From assembly GCA_963806185.1 (NCBI GenBank), contig CAWDXE010000007.1, forward strand, positions 128,001 through 192,000: DNA of 64,000 nt, given 5' to 3'. The notes beneath the pieces are model-generated. The model saw only the letters and a program-made list of their open reading frames with translations. It searched no databases and was not told where the DNA came from. The stretch's first letter is position 1, and every line of letters begins with the position of its first letter. The DNA is from an uncultured candidate division Zixibacteria bacterium. Its GTDB lineage: Bacteria; Zixibacteria; MSB-5A5; GN15; FEB-12. Both the position numbers and the translations under genes were made by a program. This document shows positions 12,895-23,133 of this stretch, in pieces.

Positions 12895-13510
12895 AGACTG
12901 ACGGGCCGACTCGCCCACCATCCAGCCCCCGGTCCGACAGCCAAGCCCAATTCCGGTCACGCGTTGACCGGCCGGCCAGCTCTTGGCGAGAGTGTTCAGG
13001 TGCTCGAGCAATTCCGCGGCGATTGCCTTACCGGCCTCGCAATGGACTCGAGTAGAGGACGGCAGCGACCGCCGAACGAGGTTCAGAGGGCCGTTGGCAT
13101 TGAATCGTTTGGCTGCAGACTTGGTTGTTGATGCCACAAGTGCTTCCGGCGTTGGAGATGGTTGTTTACGGACAGTATCGGCCGATCTGTTGAAAAGTTG
13201 AACAGGCCAAAAGAGAAAAATAAGCCGGCTAATCATTATGGTTGTTGTGAGTCTCTGGCGCACTATCGGATAGTTCCGTGATTGGGGCGGCCCGGAGTGA
13301 ACTTGCGCGACGCCCGATTCCTCTTTCATGAAGTCTGCCACTGTGGTAGCGGTGAGTACGACGACAAACCCGGGCTACTTTCAATCCGGTGTCAACCGAA
13401 TTGAGGGGCGAGTAAGCAACAAGCGCGGGACCGACATGGGACTGGACCTGATCGGCTATGTGACGGCTGACATCTTTGCCATACTAGCGCCTGAATGCTG
13501 TAGTGCAAGT

Positions 13511-13624
13511 TGTTGCATCAACCTGACCGGCAATGTCGGCCGCGACGCAGCTGACGGCGTCGATGTCGGCGAGATCACGTGTTTGATCGACGACCCTTTA
13601 ATCCGCATCGCTGGATTGCCACCA
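13511..13624 (+). pseudogene. Degenerate remnant of the Cys-bracketed dockerin-like C-terminal module
   Basis: Translates CCINLTGNVGRDAADGVDVGEITCLIDDPLI, versus CCVAATGNVDCDAADGVDIGDLTALIDNLFI at the end of the 20175 gene; second repeat missing and no credible upstream gene. Confidence 0.65.
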
Positions 13625-13700
13625 AGCGAACAGTATCGTGATCCAACCTGGGAGAGACGAGGGCCGATCTCAGCGAGGTGCGTGACCCCTGTCATTTGTA

Positions 13701-13860
13701 CCCAATTTGGGTCCAATTCGCTCCGGTGTAGACAAGTCTACAAGCATCTAGACAAAACCATATGGAATTGCTAATTCGTTGGCGCTATTGGCACTATGGC
13801 GTAATCGATTGTATCGCAATTGGATGACGAATAAGGCTCGGGCGAATCCTACCTCCTCCG
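13701..13860 (+). repeat. ~160-bp non-coding direct repeat, copy 1 (att-site-like, ends in a tRNA-3'-like core)
   Basis: Aligns to 32147-32304 (3 mismatches in the first 84 nt) and partly to 22401-22483; contains GTAGAC-AA-GTCTAC palindrome and ends CGAATCCTACCTCCTCCG. Confidence 0.88.
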
Positions 13861-14231
13861 GTTGTAAGTCATTGTGGGACAATCGTGTATGCCGCCCGTC
13901 AATCGGGTTCGCCGCATGACTCCTCCACCACCGGGATTGGGATTGTGAGACTTCTCTGCGGCGGGTTATGCGTGTGGTGGTCGCGCCTGCACCTGTTCCT
14001 ACGCTCACCATCGATATCTCATTCAGGCGTAAAGCCCGAGTAGTAGCCTTCTTGCGTGTACAGCCAGATCAGGCTGCCGACCCATATGGCCTGATAATGA
14101 ATACGTACTCCCGCAGCTGAGTTCCGCCTCACCCCGACAACCATTGACAAGCGGAGCCATTTATCCATATCTTTTGACAAGCACACGACAAGGTAATCAT
14201 ACGGTCCAAACCGATTGCAGTCGAGGACGAT

Positions 14232-17200
14232 ATGGTGCACTCCACGGTTCGGTGGCAGGGAGTACTCACATTAGCGCTTCTCACAAATCTAATAGTATCG
14301 GGATCCGGACTGACTGCGAATGTGGTTCGGGTCGACCATCGTATTTCTGCAATTCGATGGTACAGCTTTGGCGTTGCCCGGCAGAACTCATCCGCTGTCT
14401 CCGAAAGAGACAGCTTGGTGTCTTCTACGACCACGATGTCCGGCAGTCAGAAGTTGTCGGTCGGTCAAGCGGCGACCGCGTCGCGGCGCCTGGGCCCGGG
14501 CTTCGTCGTCGATAATACTTATGACGATTGGCAGCACGGTTCCCGCGGGCGTAAAGTGGATTTCTGGTCCACCCCCGACGTGCATTTTGCCTACTCCGAT
14601 CTGCCGCAAGCCAGCCTGGATTTCTCTCGCCTTGGTTACAATGTCTATGATCCTGTAGGCGGGACATGGCCGCATCTTGCCGGCCAGGGCTGCGAAATTC
14701 AAACAACCGGCGAATATGGCAGCATGGTCTCGTCGTCGATCACACCGTTGGGCCGCGCCGTTCTCGCCGGTCATGAACCCCGCTTGCAGGCGGATCATCA
14801 CCTTTATTACCAGTCCGCTGGCACCGCGTATAGCTGTCTATGGGGGATGGGCACAGCCATCCCGAAATCGAACTATAGCCAGTGGCGTGGCAATCCAGCC
14901 GATACCGCACCGGAACTGAATTTCCCCATCATCGAGATGCAACTGATCGGCGCCGATACGGTGCTTCACCTGGCTGCGCGCTGGAATGGTACCGTCGCTC
15001 CCGGCGGCCCAAACGCACTCGGGTCGGTCGAATACCCAATCCTGTACTATCGCAAGCTCGGGCAGACTGCATCGGGAACATGGACCGGCCCAACGGTTAT
15101 CGATACATCCTACTACTATCTGCACCTTGCAGCGTCACGCGTAAATCAAAACGTGGCCGTCTCCTACATCAAGATCACGGACGCCGGGTATGCCCAGGGT
15201 GAATCGTCAGACGAGATGGCGTGTTATCGTGAGTCGAATGACGGCGGTCTGACCTGGGGACCGCGCACCGTGATCCACTCGATAGATCGATCCGTGCAAA
15301 CCATAGCGCCGTGGGTGGAGGCACAGTGCTTGTACGACAGCAACGGCGATTTGCATATCGTTTTCAATGCGCGGCTGGTCGCTGCTAACCCATACCTTAC
15401 CGGCTATGAGTGGAATTCGCTCCTTAGTGGCTCGAACGTTTATCATTGGTACAAGCCCACCAACGCTGTCAGCTTGGTTTATGATGCGACGTGGCCTGCG
15501 GATCAGATCTACGGCAGAGTCTGTGGCTGGATCGGTTACAACGCCCTCACGACAGCCTACGTGACCATGTCTGAGTGCGGAGGCCACATATACGTCTTTT
15601 GGTCCATGGCCAACGACATGAATACCCCTGGAGCGCCGACCGATGATTGCGCCTCCAGTGTCGGTGCGAGTGACTGGCGTTTTCAAGGAAACGCCGATAT
15701 CTTTATGTCTGTCTCCAATGACCTCTACGGAAGCCTCTGGGACACACCGCGAAACGTTACGGCTACCTATACGCCGAACTGCGATTCAGCCGCTGGTAAT
15801 GGAATCTGCATGAGTGAGGTCAAAGCGGCAACGTCCCGTTACGGACTTGACTCTTCCTCTTACGGCGCGGCCCTTACCTGGCCGGACACATCCTTGACTC
15901 TCGGGGGCGAGCGAAATAATGACTCGTCGATTCAGCTGTTCTACGTGGAAGATCATTATCCTGGTCAATGGACACTGTCGGGCCAATTCACTTTCGTGCC
16001 GACACTCAATCCGCTGAAGTGGGCCCGGATTTCCTGCGTGGCTCCCGTTCCCGAAGCGAAGCTTGTCGCGAATCCAAAGAGCGTGGGATATCCGTACAAT
16101 GTGCTAAACCATTCAATTCACGACACCACCATCGAGCTCCGAAATACGGGAAACATCGAACTCGGATACACTGTCGCGGCTCAGCAGAACAACGGGCCGA
16201 CCGGCTGGCTTTCGGTTTCTCCTGGGAACGGAACGGTTCCGCCAGGGGGGGCTACCCAGCCGCTGAACGTACGGATCGATGCCAGTTCGGTTGAGGCGGG
16301 AGATTCCGTCGTGTACCTGCAGGGGCGATTAGTGTTCACCTCCAATGCATTGACCAGCCCCGACACGGTTCCGATTATAGTAGCGGTTGTTGACACCATC
16401 GGTAACCTCGTCTGGGACACGATCAGCACAACTTGTCTGTCGTTAACCGTCGCTAACAATGGGACGGCCGGACACCAGGGGCTCGGAAAAGTCAATTTGG
16501 ATTACTTCAATCATGGCGACTGCGATACGTTGTCCACCGACCACACAGTGTCCGAACTTTACCTCTTTGATGCGTCGCCGGTGGTTGGCTGGGTGAAAAA
16601 CGGTGATACTGTACTGTATGATGGGCTGTATACCGGCTCGATCCGTACGCAGAGTAGCCTCCTGCCTACGGAAGCACCGACCGGGCCGGTGCAAATGCCC
16701 GGCTACACCGCCTATCAAACCGGTACCTTTGTGACCTATGACTCCACCATTGGCGTGCGTCGCACATGGATGGCGCCGACCGGGGCCAGTTCCTGCAACT
16801 ATTTGATTCAGGAACAAAAAGTATTTGTTCGCGACGGTCAGGTGCACAGCGGGCTCATGATCGGCGATCTCGTGGACTGGGACATTCCTTCCAGCACCGA
16901 TCGAATGAACGTCGGTGGAGTGGATCCGTCTCGAAACCTGCTCTATCAATCCGGGATTGGTAGCGACTGTCAGTCGAATGCTGATAGGTTCGGCGGCTTG
17001 GCGCTCATCGGCTGGCAGAAAAACTCACAGACGACCGGCCACACCTGCAGTGGTGGTTACGTCATGCGCACCGACTCCATGCTGCTCCGGCCCTTCGTCG
17101 GTTTTGACCCGCGACAGCTGTATCGTCGTATGTCCCTGGTGACGTCGCTGACGGCCAACCCGGCTGACACGGCCGATCAATATATGGCCATTGCGTACGT

Positions 17201-20024
17201 GTCCGGCCTCTCTCTGGGGCCTGGAGATACACTGACGATCTACAGCGCCTACGCGACGGTCAGAAATGGTACGCTCAGCACTCTGCAGAGAGCGATCGAT
17301 AGCGCCAAAACATGGCTATGCAACTCAGGCCGTCATCCTTTCCTCCCGACGCCGGACATCTGTGATTTCTGCGGGGATGTGAATTCGGACGGCGTTATCG
17401 AAATCAGTGATATCACTGAACTAACATCCTATCTCTACCACTCTGGTGCGGCTCCACAGCCGCTGAATGTGGCGGACATGGACGGATTCAGCGGGGTAAC
17501 GAACAATGACCTGATGCGCCTATATGACTACCTGTTCGAGAGCTTCCTCCCTCCAAGCTGCGAGACTGCGCCAATACCCTTCCCGGCGATCAGCGACACG
17601 ATTCTTATCACGGGGAGCTACGTTGTTCCCGGCGTCAGCAAGCCGGTCGTGAATCTGTGGATGCGCACGCAGACGCTCTGGCAGGGGCTGTCATTTCCGT
17701 TCTCGGCGCATTGTCTTACATCAGATCTTTACATCGATTCGCTGGTGATCAACCCGGCGATGAAATTTGAGGAGCAGTCCTTTGCCCTTGTTGATTCAAT
17801 TCACAACCCTTCTGACGCGAGAGGGTTGATCGGTTTCGCCAGCCCAGCGCACGAGTACAGCGGTGATGTCCTGCTCGCATCAGTATACTTTACCGTAACA
17901 CCAAGCGACCGAATACAACGAATTTCGTTCGATACTTCATCCTTTTTGCCTGGCCATACGACGGTTCTCTCCCGTTGGTCGGGAACCGGTGAAACGGGGG
18001 TACCGACCCTGAAAGACGAATTCGACATCGACCACGATAATGTACCTGACACGGTGGATAACTGCATGCTGATTGCGAATCCATCCCAGAGTGATATCGA
18101 TTCGGATTCGCTCGGCGATCCGTGCGACAATTGTCCGTCGGTTGCCAACGGCGATCAGATTGATTCGGACGGTGATGGAAAGGGTGACGCCTGCGATCCT
18201 GGCGTTGGCGACTTTTCCGCTACGCCTCGATGTGGCGGCGCACCTCTGACCGTCTCGTTCGTTGATGCCACCGTTCCGCTACGGCCCGCCGTGAGCTGGC
18301 ATTGGGATTTCGGGGACAACGCCACGTCAACCCAAAGCAATCCGACACACGAGTATTCTGATGTCGGCGTGTTCGACGTGACAATGATAGTGTCCGACGG
18401 TTTTGGGGCAGACACCATCACGAAGGAGTCGTATGTCACAACGCAGGAGGGTCTCACTGTTGAGTTCTCGGCCATACCTACGGCCGGTCAATCGCCGCTG
18501 ACGGTGGCCTTCGCCGCCAATATCACTGGGTTGGTCACTGACTATCTCTGGGAATTCGGTGATGGTGATACCGGCAACATCGCGAACCCGATACATACGT
18601 ACGCCGTTCAGGGCATCTACTCTGTGATGCTGAAGGCTCGGTTTGTCCAGGACGGCTGCAATCAAGCCGACTCCCTCATCAAACAGCAGTTCATAACGGT
18701 ACGTGATCTGGTGGCTCGGTTCACAGCCGACAAACAGGTCGGCAGCTTCCCGCTAACGGTACAGTTTATTGATCAGAGTTCCGGCGAGCCGACATCTTGG
18801 TACTGGGATTTCGGCGACAATGCGACATCGTCGTTACAGCATCCGATCCACGTGTATTCCACAGCGGGCCGATACGACGTGAAACTGAAAGTAGCGAACA
18901 GTCTCTTCGAGGACAGTACCGCCGTCCTTGGTTTTGTTCAGGTCGATACCCCGTATGTCGATCTGGAGACAGATGTCTGGACCAATGGAGCCAAACCCGG
19001 TTTTGACTTCTGGTTCCGGGTCCCCTGGAGTAACCTCGGTACCAGCGATGCCGCCGAATGCACGCTCAAGGTTCTGCCGCCGGCGTTGATGCAGCTCCAG
19101 TGGGTCGATGCCGATTTTGATCCTCAGGGTGCCTATCAGGGATTCACTTTATCCGGTGACACAGTGGTGGTGTCGCTTGGCGCGGTTCCACCCAACGGTC
19201 GTTACGGCGGCTATCTGAAATGCTACGGCACCCTGCCGGGCTGGCCGGATGTCGAAGTCGGGGATACCCTGGTCGGCGAGGCCTGGCTGACGACTGCATC
19301 GATAGACGCCGACACGGGTAACAACAGCGTGATCCATGCCTTCGAGGTGACTGGCTCAATCGACCCGAACAACAAGACCGCCTATCCGGAGGGCATCGGC
19401 ACGTTGCAGGCGATCAAGCCGACCCAGCGACTGGATTACCTCGTGCAATTCGAAAACACGAAAGAGGCCAGCGAAGCGGCCACGTACGTGCTGGTGGTCG
19501 ACACTCTTGATCCCAATCTGGACTGGCGCACGCTCGCAATTGGCGCCGAAAGTCACCCGAGCAAGTGTGTGCACAGCTTTGACCCCTTTACCGGCGTCAT
19601 TACCTGGTTCTGCGACAGTATCATGCTTCCGCCCAACGTTGTTGCCCCAGAGGGCGAGGGGTACTTCACCTATTCTATATCGCCGAAGACAGGCCTGCCG
19701 GAAGGAACCGAGATCAGCAACCGCGCTTGGATTCGCTTCGACTTCAACAAGTGGCTGGAGGCACCCAAGGCGGGTCCGCTGATACGGCATATCTTTGCTG
19801 GATGCTGCGTGGCACAAACCGGCAACATCGACTGCGACCCAACGAATGGTGTGGATATTGGCGATCTGACCACACTCATCGACAACCTCTTCATCAGCTT
19901 CACACCACTATGCTGCGATGCTGAGGCCAACTGCGATGGACTTGGCGGGATCGACATCGGTGACCTTACGGCCCTTATCGACAACTTGTTCATCACCTTC
20001 ACGCCGCTGGCGGGGTGTCAGTAG
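14232..20024 (+). CDS. 1930-aa secreted multidomain protein: BNR/Asp-box N-domain, Ig-like, internal dockerin, cohesin-like domain, TSP3 repeats, 3x PKD, DUF11/DUF7619-like, C-terminal dockerin
   Basis: N-terminal hydrophobic stretch; SNDGGLTW Asp-box; CGDVNSDGVIEISDI...ADMDGFSGVTNND dockerin; DNC/DxDxD TSP3 repeats; WDFGD/WEFGD PKD motifs; GSIDPNNK; duplicated DIGDLTxLIDNLFIxFTPL tail. Confidence 0.85.
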   Translation: MVHSTVRWQGVLTLALLTNLIVSGSGLTANVVRVDHRISAIRWYSFGVARQNSSAVSERDSLVSSTTTMSGSQKLSVGQAATASRRLGPGFVVDNTYDDWQHGSRGRKVDFWSTPDVHFAYSDLPQASLDFSRLGYNVYDPVGGTWPHLAGQGCEIQTTGEYGSMVSSSITPLGRAVLAGHEPRLQADHHLYYQSAGTAYSCLWGMGTAIPKSNYSQWRGNPADTAPELNFPIIEMQLIGADTVLHLAARWNGTVAPGGPNALGSVEYPILYYRKLGQTASGTWTGPTVIDTSYYYLHLAASRVNQNVAVSYIKITDAGYAQGESSDEMACYRESNDGGLTWGPRTVIHSIDRSVQTIAPWVEAQCLYDSNGDLHIVFNARLVAANPYLTGYEWNSLLSGSNVYHWYKPTNAVSLVYDATWPADQIYGRVCGWIGYNALTTAYVTMSECGGHIYVFWSMANDMNTPGAPTDDCASSVGASDWRFQGNADIFMSVSNDLYGSLWDTPRNVTATYTPNCDSAAGNGICMSEVKAATSRYGLDSSSYGAALTWPDTSLTLGGERNNDSSIQLFYVEDHYPGQWTLSGQFTFVPTLNPLKWARISCVAPVPEAKLVANPKSVGYPYNVLNHSIHDTTIELRNTGNIELGYTVAAQQNNGPTGWLSVSPGNGTVPPGGATQPLNVRIDASSVEAGDSVVYLQGRLVFTSNALTSPDTVPIIVAVVDTIGNLVWDTISTTCLSLTVANNGTAGHQGLGKVNLDYFNHGDCDTLSTDHTVSELYLFDASPVVGWVKNGDTVLYDGLYTGSIRTQSSLLPTEAPTGPVQMPGYTAYQTGTFVTYDSTIGVRRTWMAPTGASSCNYLIQEQKVFVRDGQVHSGLMIGDLVDWDIPSSTDRMNVGGVDPSRNLLYQSGIGSDCQSNADRFGGLALIGWQKNSQTTGHTCSGGYVMRTDSMLLRPFVGFDPRQLYRRMSLVTSLTANPADTADQYMAIAYVSGLSLGPGDTLTIYSAYATVRNGTLSTLQRAIDSAKTWLCNSGRHPFLPTPDICDFCGDVNSDGVIEISDITELTSYLYHSGAAPQPLNVADMDGFSGVTNNDLMRLYDYLFESFLPPSCETAPIPFPAISDTILITGSYVVPGVSKPVVNLWMRTQTLWQGLSFPFSAHCLTSDLYIDSLVINPAMKFEEQSFALVDSIHNPSDARGLIGFASPAHEYSGDVLLASVYFTVTPSDRIQRISFDTSSFLPGHTTVLSRWSGTGETGVPTLKDEFDIDHDNVPDTVDNCMLIANPSQSDIDSDSLGDPCDNCPSVANGDQIDSDGDGKGDACDPGVGDFSATPRCGGAPLTVSFVDATVPLRPAVSWHWDFGDNATSTQSNPTHEYSDVGVFDVTMIVSDGFGADTITKESYVTTQEGLTVEFSAIPTAGQSPLTVAFAANITGLVTDYLWEFGDGDTGNIANPIHTYAVQGIYSVMLKARFVQDGCNQADSLIKQQFITVRDLVARFTADKQVGSFPLTVQFIDQSSGEPTSWYWDFGDNATSSLQHPIHVYSTAGRYDVKLKVANSLFEDSTAVLGFVQVDTPYVDLETDVWTNGAKPGFDFWFRVPWSNLGTSDAAECTLKVLPPALMQLQWVDADFDPQGAYQGFTLSGDTVVVSLGAVPPNGRYGGYLKCYGTLPGWPDVEVGDTLVGEAWLTTASIDADTGNNSVIHAFEVTGSIDPNNKTAYPEGIGTLQAIKPTQRLDYLVQFENTKEASEAATYVLVVDTLDPNLDWRTLAIGAESHPSKCVHSFDPFTGVITWFCDSIMLPPNVVAPEGEGYFTYSISPKTGLPEGTEISNRAWIRFDFNKWLEAPKAGPLIRHIFAGCCVAQTGNIDCDPTNGVDIGDLTTLIDNLFISFTPLCCDAEANCDGLGGIDIGDLTALIDNLFITFTPLAGCQ

Positions 20025-20174
20025 GCTATGACAAAAAGACACGAGATTTCTGTGCGAACGTTCGTAGTGGGTGGCTCTTGGGAGTCAGTATTTTGTTCTC
20101 GGTATTTGAGATGTTCGATACTTGATCCTAATGATTAGGGCATCTGTGCACGCCATGGGAAAGGAAAATCAGTC

Positions 20175-22340
20175 ATGATCGCACCTGCAACCCTGATGCT
20201 CCGATTGGGTGCTCTGCTCACTGTCGTCGCGTTGCTCTTCGCGTCTGCTTTGACGGCCGAGCCAATACAGCACGAATTGAACGCGCCCGACTACCGCCTG
20301 TCGCCCCCGCGACCTCCGGATTGGGTGATGCCGAAGATGCCGCTACAGCCGCAACGATCGGCTGCAGCGTCAATGACCCACGATCAGTACCTGTCGATCG
20401 ATGTGTTGGTCGTGGTGTACACAAACTACGTATTTGACAATGTCACTACGTCCGAGATCCAGGCGTTGCAGGCCGAGGTGGCGCAGGCCCGCGAGTTCGA
20501 CTTTAGAAACTCCCAGTGCCGCCTTGACTTGAATATCTCGTACGAGGTCATCAATCGTAACCTGACGCTCAATCAATTCTGGAAAGTTGCCCCGCCGTAC
20601 GGATACTGGTATCCATTTTGGGAGGTCGATGGGATTCACTCGGTACGGAACGACCTCTACGCGCTTGGATATTCCGACAACCAGTTTGCGGCCGTCTTTG
20701 TGTACTATGCGTGGCAGAATGTAGACACTGCTGCCGCCGCATACGGCGGCGGCGCATACGGTCCGGACGTCGGGTTCATGGGCAATACCGCGTACGCATC
20801 GGTGCCACTTTGTTGGGACCCGGCCACCAACGACTGGTACTTCATACACGAATTTCATCACCAGCTCGACGGTATGTTCAATTACTCGGGGCATCCGGAG
20901 TATCCGCATGCCGATCAGCCGGGGGATTATAATGGAGGATATGACGACGGATATTCATTCAATGCCTGGATTATGCGAAGCTGGCCCTTTAATGACTGGG
21001 GCGGAATGTCCACAAGCTGGGGCAGTGTGTCAACCTTTGACGATCCCGACACAGACTCGCTGCCCAATAGCGGGACGTTCCCGATCACGGAGACCACATT
21101 TGGAAGTGACCCGACATCCATTGATGGCGACTACGATGGCTTGTCAGATATGGGTGAGGCGACGGCCGATTATTTTAAGGGATCCGATCCGATGGAACAG
21201 GATACGGATGGTGACGGGCTACCAGACGGACTCGATCGCTACGCGCTAGACTCGGTGAAGACGCGTGTGCCGTACGCGAATCCGATTATCGACGGCGTCA
21301 TTAATTGTCCCAACTGCAGTATTGCTCATATTGTGGGAGAAAGCAGCGCCGACTTGAACGCCACTCTGTATGCCGGTCACAATGACTCTGGTCTGTATAT
21401 CGCCTTGCAAGCAAACGATGATATCGTACAGACACCGTGGGGAGACCCGTGGTGGGACGACGGCTTCGAGATAAAGCTGGACGCCACTGATGATGGCTAT
21501 CTCAACCGCGGAGACAATGACTATACGATTTCCGTGGCTCCCACAGGTGGTACAACCACACCGCTCGTCAATTGGGCTATCCTGCGGTCCAATGGAACCC
21601 GCGACCAGACGTATATCCCTCAAACCGACGTTCGAGCGGCGTACACTAGGGGATCAAACAGCTATTCAATCGAAGTCTTCATCAAGACTAATACCCTGAC
21701 CGGCCTGGGAGTGTCATCTCTGGACACCATCGGTCTGCAGGTTGATGTAATCGACTATGACACCTATCCGGGATGGCCCCACTATGTATATTTCACCAAG
21801 TTCCTAAGTCTTGATTTTATCGCCAAAGACGAGGCGCCGCCCGCGCCGCCCCAGAATTTAACTGCCAACGCGAGTACCGATAGCGTCGTATTGGCGTGGA
21901 ACAAGAACCTTGAACTTGATATCTCTCGGTACCGGATCTTTGGTGGCGTCAGTCCCCATCCGACAAGTAAAGTCGACTCCACGACTGGAGGAATAAGTGA
22001 CACAACCAAAGTCGTACACGGGCTGGTTGCGGGGACAGCTTTTTACTTCAGAATAGCCGCCGTGGATACGGCTGGAAACGTAAGTTCCTACTCGAATGAA
22101 GTAGCAGTGTTGATGACGTGTTGTGTCGCCGCCACCGGTAATGTCGACTGCGACGCAGCTGACGGTGTCGATATCGGAGACCTGACAGCCCTGATCGACA
22201 ACCTGTTCATCTCGTTCACACCACTCTGTTGTGAAGCCGAAGCGAACTGCGACGGTTCGGGCGGAATAGACATCGGAGACCTGACGGCCCTGATCGACAA
22301 CCTGTTCATCACCTTCACGCCGCTGGCGGCGTGTCAGTGA
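20175..22340 (+). CDS. Secreted zincin-like metallopeptidase with Ca-binding repeats, CBM9-like domain, FN3 and C-terminal dockerin
   Basis: Signal peptide; YFIHEFHHQLDG (HExxH); DTDGDGLPDG repeats; GLYIALQANDD...DGFEIKLD CBM9-like; PAPPQNLTA...YFRIAAVDTAGNVS FN3; dockerin tail. Confidence 0.8.
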   Translation: MIAPATLMLRLGALLTVVALLFASALTAEPIQHELNAPDYRLSPPRPPDWVMPKMPLQPQRSAAASMTHDQYLSIDVLVVVYTNYVFDNVTTSEIQALQAEVAQAREFDFRNSQCRLDLNISYEVINRNLTLNQFWKVAPPYGYWYPFWEVDGIHSVRNDLYALGYSDNQFAAVFVYYAWQNVDTAAAAYGGGAYGPDVGFMGNTAYASVPLCWDPATNDWYFIHEFHHQLDGMFNYSGHPEYPHADQPGDYNGGYDDGYSFNAWIMRSWPFNDWGGMSTSWGSVSTFDDPDTDSLPNSGTFPITETTFGSDPTSIDGDYDGLSDMGEATADYFKGSDPMEQDTDGDGLPDGLDRYALDSVKTRVPYANPIIDGVINCPNCSIAHIVGESSADLNATLYAGHNDSGLYIALQANDDIVQTPWGDPWWDDGFEIKLDATDDGYLNRGDNDYTISVAPTGGTTTPLVNWAILRSNGTRDQTYIPQTDVRAAYTRGSNSYSIEVFIKTNTLTGLGVSSLDTIGLQVDVIDYDTYPGWPHYVYFTKFLSLDFIAKDEAPPAPPQNLTANASTDSVVLAWNKNLELDISRYRIFGGVSPHPTSKVDSTTGGISDTTKVVHGLVAGTAFYFRIAAVDTAGNVSSYSNEVAVLMTCCVAATGNVDCDAADGVDIGDLTALIDNLFISFTPLCCEAEANCDGSGGIDIGDLTALIDNLFITFTPLAACQ

Positions 22341-22400
22341 GGTAGCCGTAAGTGTGATAGTTCCGAGGCCATTCATCAACGGGTGAGTGGTCTCTTTCAT

Positions 22401-22483
22401 TTGTGCCCGATTTTGATCCAATCAACTCCGGTATAGACAAGTCTGCAGCGATCTAAACAAGACCATATGGAAATGCGAACTGG
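22401..22483 (+). repeat. Diverged, truncated copy 2 of the non-coding repeat
   Basis: ttgtgcccgattttgatccaatcaactccggtatagacaagtctgcagcgatctaaacaagaccatatggaaatgc aligns without gaps to the 5' half of copies 1 and 3. Confidence 0.75.
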
Positions 22484-22549
22484 TATTCGTCTGATGACCG
22501 GCGGATAGCCAAACGACACCTATATTGGGAAGAGTACTCCTGTCCTGAT

Positions 22550-22887
22550 GCCTTGATCGCCGGAATTGTTTTCGATTTTGACCTCCTGTTCTTTGCCGTA
22601 TTATATCCTGTAGAGAACGCATGTTTGGTTACTCTTGTCTGTCCGGGGCGCCGAGTAGCTCCGATCAGGCAAGGTAAATGGTTCTTTCCGTCTGTTACAC
22701 GAGCCCTGAAAGCGAAAGGGAAGAACACGAACCCTCGCCGACCGAAGATTTGTTACGTCTGTCCGATACTGAGGATCAGCGGGGCCAAATATTTGCTGAT
22801 CTACGTGAAAGATTCTCGCGAATTGCCAAAAGACGAATTGGGGTGCAGGATGCAGAGGACGTTGCCAACGAGGCGAGTCTAACGGTT
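22550..22887 (+). repeat. Diverged duplicate of the ECF sigma promoter, leader and 5' coding region (32472-32815)
   Basis: Colinear similarity over ~340 bp, e.g. gccaaaagacgaattggggtgcaggatgcaga is identical in both copies. Confidence 0.88.
22717..22887 (+). pseudogene. Truncated ECF sigma factor pseudogene
   Basis: HEPSPTEDLLR...IFADLRERFSRIAKRRIGVQDAEDVANEASLTV matches the N-terminus of 32640-33185; start ATG replaced by AGG; homology ends within region 2. Confidence 0.8.
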
Positions 22888-23133
22888 GTGAATCTGTGCG
22901 GATATGACGCCCCCGCGATCTACTGCGCGCGTATCGGTCATGCGTGACCAGTCGCCGGATTAGACGGATTTAGCGTGAGCTGCAAACGCCCAAATTGTCT
23001 GCACCTCCTAATCGCATGCCCCGGTAATCGGGAGTCGCAGTGTCGCCACATGGGTACACACTCTGGATGGACAAGTGAAATGTAGACATCAATTATAATA
23101 CTTCAATCGGCTGAATATTGCCAGGAGAAAGGT

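Noticed and set aside
12895..13341. N-terminal extension of the PAS-LuxR ORF
   Set aside because: Not domain-like and runs through AT-rich promoter-like sequence; the true start is probably downstream, though unproven
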